NCBI GenBank assembly: GCA_964016885.1
Contig: OZ024742.1
Location: 117,738,001-117,802,000, forward strand
Reading direction: 5' to 3'
Length of the DNA: 64,000 nucleotides
From: Eledone cirrhosa
Lineage: Eukaryota
Shown in pieces: positions 63,082-64,000 of this stretch (position 1 is its first letter; the number at the start of each line of letters is the position of its first letter). Both the position numbers and the translations under genes were made by a program. A model generated the notes under the pieces. It was not told where the DNA came from and ran no database searches. It saw nothing but the letters and a program-made list of their open reading frames with translations.

Positions 63082-64000
63082 AGCTATTGCTCTATTTTGC
63101 AGATAGTTCACTTTTAAATGTCACAATATATTAATAAACTGTAGCAAATGTATTTGCACAAGCAGGCATAACATCACATGCACAGCATTAATTTATGTAT
63201 AAGTATCGCTAGCAATTTCTTCAATACGTTGCTTTACTAAAGGTCCCGGGTCATTCTGCTAGTATTAAATATATTACATATGTTTGTGCGACATCATATA
63301 CGATCGATTACTATTGTATTGAAAAAAGGATTGATAATTTCGCATATCACTATGATATGGATCAGGATCTCTACTGGTTGTTTGATGAATTTCAATCTTT
63401 ATAGAACATACTTAGCAGTTTTGTCCGAGGGCGCAGCCCAAACACCACCATCCTTAGGCCCAGAGCTCACCACTCTCTCCCTTACTTCTGTGGCCCAAGA
63501 GTCCTTGCTTTTTTCTTCCTTTTCCTCTCAATAATAGTCTATAACAAAATACTGGTGTGTATGAATATAACAAAAGACTCAGTTGTGTATATAAAGTTTA
63601 ATTAACAAGTTGAAGTTATGTAGTATAGAATTGTTGACATGTCAAGATAAGATGAAATATGAAGTAAAGTTATTTGTTACCGTTTTGAAGTTAGCTCGCA
63701 AGAGACCATGTTAGGGTTGCCAGAGAGTAGAGACTCGGCGAACGCGCCTGGCCGAAAGGGCAAATGAGAGAGAGATCGCTCTGAGTATCCCTTTTATAGG
63801 GTCTCAAGACGGAAGTGACAAAAAGGGTTCTGCCACCCCAACGGGAAGTAACTCCAGCTACTTCCTGTCTAGAGAGCGTTAATCTATTGGTGATGTGATC
63901 GTCACAACAAGGGAGGCAACTCTTGCTACAAGTCCTTTCCTCTACTTCCCCATACAGCCAGATCAGCCTTTCTTTACCCCTTACCCTTTTTCTCATTACT

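Noticed and set aside
63675-64000. Possible LTR (TGTTAC start, minus-strand TATAAAA and CCAAT)
   Set aside because: No second LTR, primer-binding site or coding sequence lies within the window, so it cannot be supported.

Overview
AT-rich eukaryotic (animal) genomic DNA. The SINE, RTE and microsatellite content looks like an octopus/cephalopod genome, which is my inference from repeat recognition only. The left half (about 6-31 kb) holds one spliced + strand gene with five coding exons: 6251-7183, 16119-16360, 25350-25545, 27198-29699 and 30568-30669. All four introns are GT-AG and phase-compatible, giving 1324 aa. The protein is a divergent seven-transmembrane domain fused to a TKL-like pseudokinase. 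The kinase C-lobe is split by a roughly 750-aa low-complexity insert, and the protein ends in a PDZ-type motif (ETAV). Its introns contain SINEs, RTE, CRE, R4/Dong and Tx1 fragments, MITEs, a mariner remnant and a 3.4-kb 20-bp minisatellite. In the right half (about 35-61 kb) I found no host gene. It is a pile of microsatellite-targeting retroelements: Tx1 LINEs in (GATA)n tracts and several Penelope-like elements in (TA)n tracts. The Penelope-like elements carry at least seven distinct minimal type I hammerhead motifs, some with non-canonical cores (U3-A8 covariation, U4C, GCAA), and two are fold-back mini-elements with no ORF. The window ends with an intact tRNA-Asp, two tRNA-Glu pseudogenes and a Tigger-like transposon. 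Repeat boundaries were read by eye and are approximate unless a TSD or splice site is quoted.
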